From Macrostomum lignano (lineage: Eukaryota): a stretch of 47,306 nt of DNA. The notes beneath the pieces were generated by a model. That model had not been told where the DNA came from, did not search any database, and was given only the letters and a program-made list of their open reading frames with translations. Position 1 is the first letter of the stretch. Each line of letters begins with the position of its first letter. Positions 45,650-47,306 of the stretch are shown here, one piece after another. The stretch covers positions 1 to 47,306 of the forward strand of contig NIVC01003835.1 in assembly GCA_002269645.1 (NCBI GenBank), written 5' to 3'. A program made the position numbers and the translations under genes.

Positions 45650-47097
45650 TCACTCTTGATTTCCATTTTGTGCGGCGGCTTTATCCATCAACTTGATATT
45701 GGGCGAAATTCGTCTAAAGTTCGAACAATAAAATTGTTTGCTTGCAGGAGTGCAGAAACATTAAATGACAATGAAAGCAATTGCGTATACCTACCTGGTG
45801 ATAAGCAAGGTGGCTAAAAGCACAATAGATAAAAGCACATGAACTCCGGAATAGATGAACAGTAACGTCTGCAAGCCAATTTTCTCGTACAAATATCCAC
45901 TGACTGTTGGTTCATAAAGCAGCCAAAAAAATAGGTGGAGTTTGCTACGCTTGTTATTAAAACGAATGTAGCAGCGTTCTTTTCGAATCCATGCTTGCAG
46001 ACCTCCGTTAGGCACAATCCAAAAATTGGAAATAGAGTAGAACTAACTCCAATTCCAATAAAAATTAAAGCGGCCACCAAAGAAGCCATTAATAAACGAA
46101 CAGGAATGTTTGATCTTGGTGGGTCGATGAGAAATAAGCCTAAAGCGCTGGATAGTATTCCAAAAAGCGTGATACCAGCATTCCACCTAGTATAGTCCGA
46201 TAGGAAGCCAACGAAAATTTCAATAATACTCTTCACTAGAAAAGGTATCAGAAGTAAAAGACCAATTACAGAATGTGAAAGCTTGAAAGTTTCAATAGTA
46301 TAAGGCTCCATCACAACGCCAATAGTGCCTTCCAGTACCCCCGACATGCTAAACGTCAACATAATAACAACTACCAACGGGATGCGTATAAAACTGAAGA
46401 ACGAAACTGGCTTCTCGTGTCCATCATCGCTAACACTTGAAATTACGGCGATCGCAGCAAAGGCCATCAGTAAGAGAAGACCGCCAACTGTAAGCAATGG
46501 CAGTTTGAACCCACCAACATCAAACAGGACGCCACCAATTCCTGGTCCCAGCGTGTAACCGATCGATAATCCAGTTTCCACAACGCCATTGACAGTTGAC
46601 AAACGGTCTGGGAAGACGCTGGCAAGGGTGGCAAAGGCGGCACGAACAATATAGAAGCACCAATAGCTGATACGGCACGGATAATGATGACCAGCACAGC
46701 GAAGGTAATGCCTTTTGGTCTGTTCTCCAGAAAGCAAACACCACCTACGATAAGCTGCAGATAAAGAGCGAACTAACAACAAGATTTCTTTTTTGAACTC
46801 TTCGGGCAATAAAGACAACAAATGGGCTGAAAATGAAATTAACAAGCTGGAAAACACCGTATAACAGTCCAGTGGCAGTCATTGACATTCCTCTTGACAG
46901 AGAAACTCAGGAAAAAACGGCGATATTACAGAGTAAGCTGCTGTTGAAAATAAGTCTGAGCAGAAGCAAGTAATCAATATTAGAATAGAGGTAAGACCAA
47001 GTGTTGAAAGCTTCATTTTTGAAAATATTTTGCAGCATCCATTTTCTTCGTCATTGTTATTATTTATTAACCAGCGTTTCGAAGTTTCGTTTGACAT
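45650..47097 (-). pseudogene. SLC18B1: SLC18B1-like paralog (copy 2) with several frameshifts; main exon 47097-45795, probable last exon 45740-45650
   Basis: Collinear with copy 1 and shares the phase-2 3' intron (AG|GTAGGT). Homology switches frame several times (near 46890, 46800, 46750, 46640 and 45910). Could be assembly error rather than a true pseudogene. Confidence 0.7.
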
Positions 47098-47306
47098 GTC
47101 TCTTGTCGGCAAGATCGGCAAAAACTCAGGAATAATAATTTAGAAATATAAACTAGTATAACACTATAATTAAGCAATCGATTTTATTTAAAAAGAATAA
47201 TGAAACTATTTACTAATTTTAGGTTTTTTCGTTCTTCAATGCATTGTGTCGATTTTTGTTTCTAAAGATATCATGCTCAGCAATGCAATTGACAATTAAA
47301 AAAGAA

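Overview
This is eukaryotic (metazoan) genomic DNA. GC-rich exons and introns filled with minisatellites suggest a flatworm such as Macrostomum, but that assignment is inference. Seven spliced or single-exon gene models were reconstructed by hand from GT-AG sites with consistent intron phases: (1) a PX-BAR sorting-nexin-like gene (-, 1203-6188); (2) a neuropeptide F/Y precursor (-, 11693-12795); (3) cystathionine beta-synthase (+, 18015-26656); (4) an orphan 4-TM gene with innexin/pannexin-like Cys spacing (-, 28529-31595); (5) a single-exon Cys-rich type I membrane protein with polyQ and a PDZ-type tail (-, 33181-34668); (6, 7) two tandem SLC18B1-like MFS transporters, the second frameshifted. 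The most striking feature is a 2.89-kb non-autonomous hAT-type element (15-bp TIRs, 8-bp TSD) inside CBS coding exon 2. It carries about 30 tandem copies of a unit, nearly all with a perfect AG|GTAAGT splice donor, plus a nested mariner-derived foldback. Also present are a degenerate RTE-like LINE, an RNase H-only retro-fragment with its own TSD, MITEs, a solo LTR and at least a dozen unrelated minisatellites, many with 20-23 bp units. No database searches or alignments were run; all family assignments rest on motif recognition.
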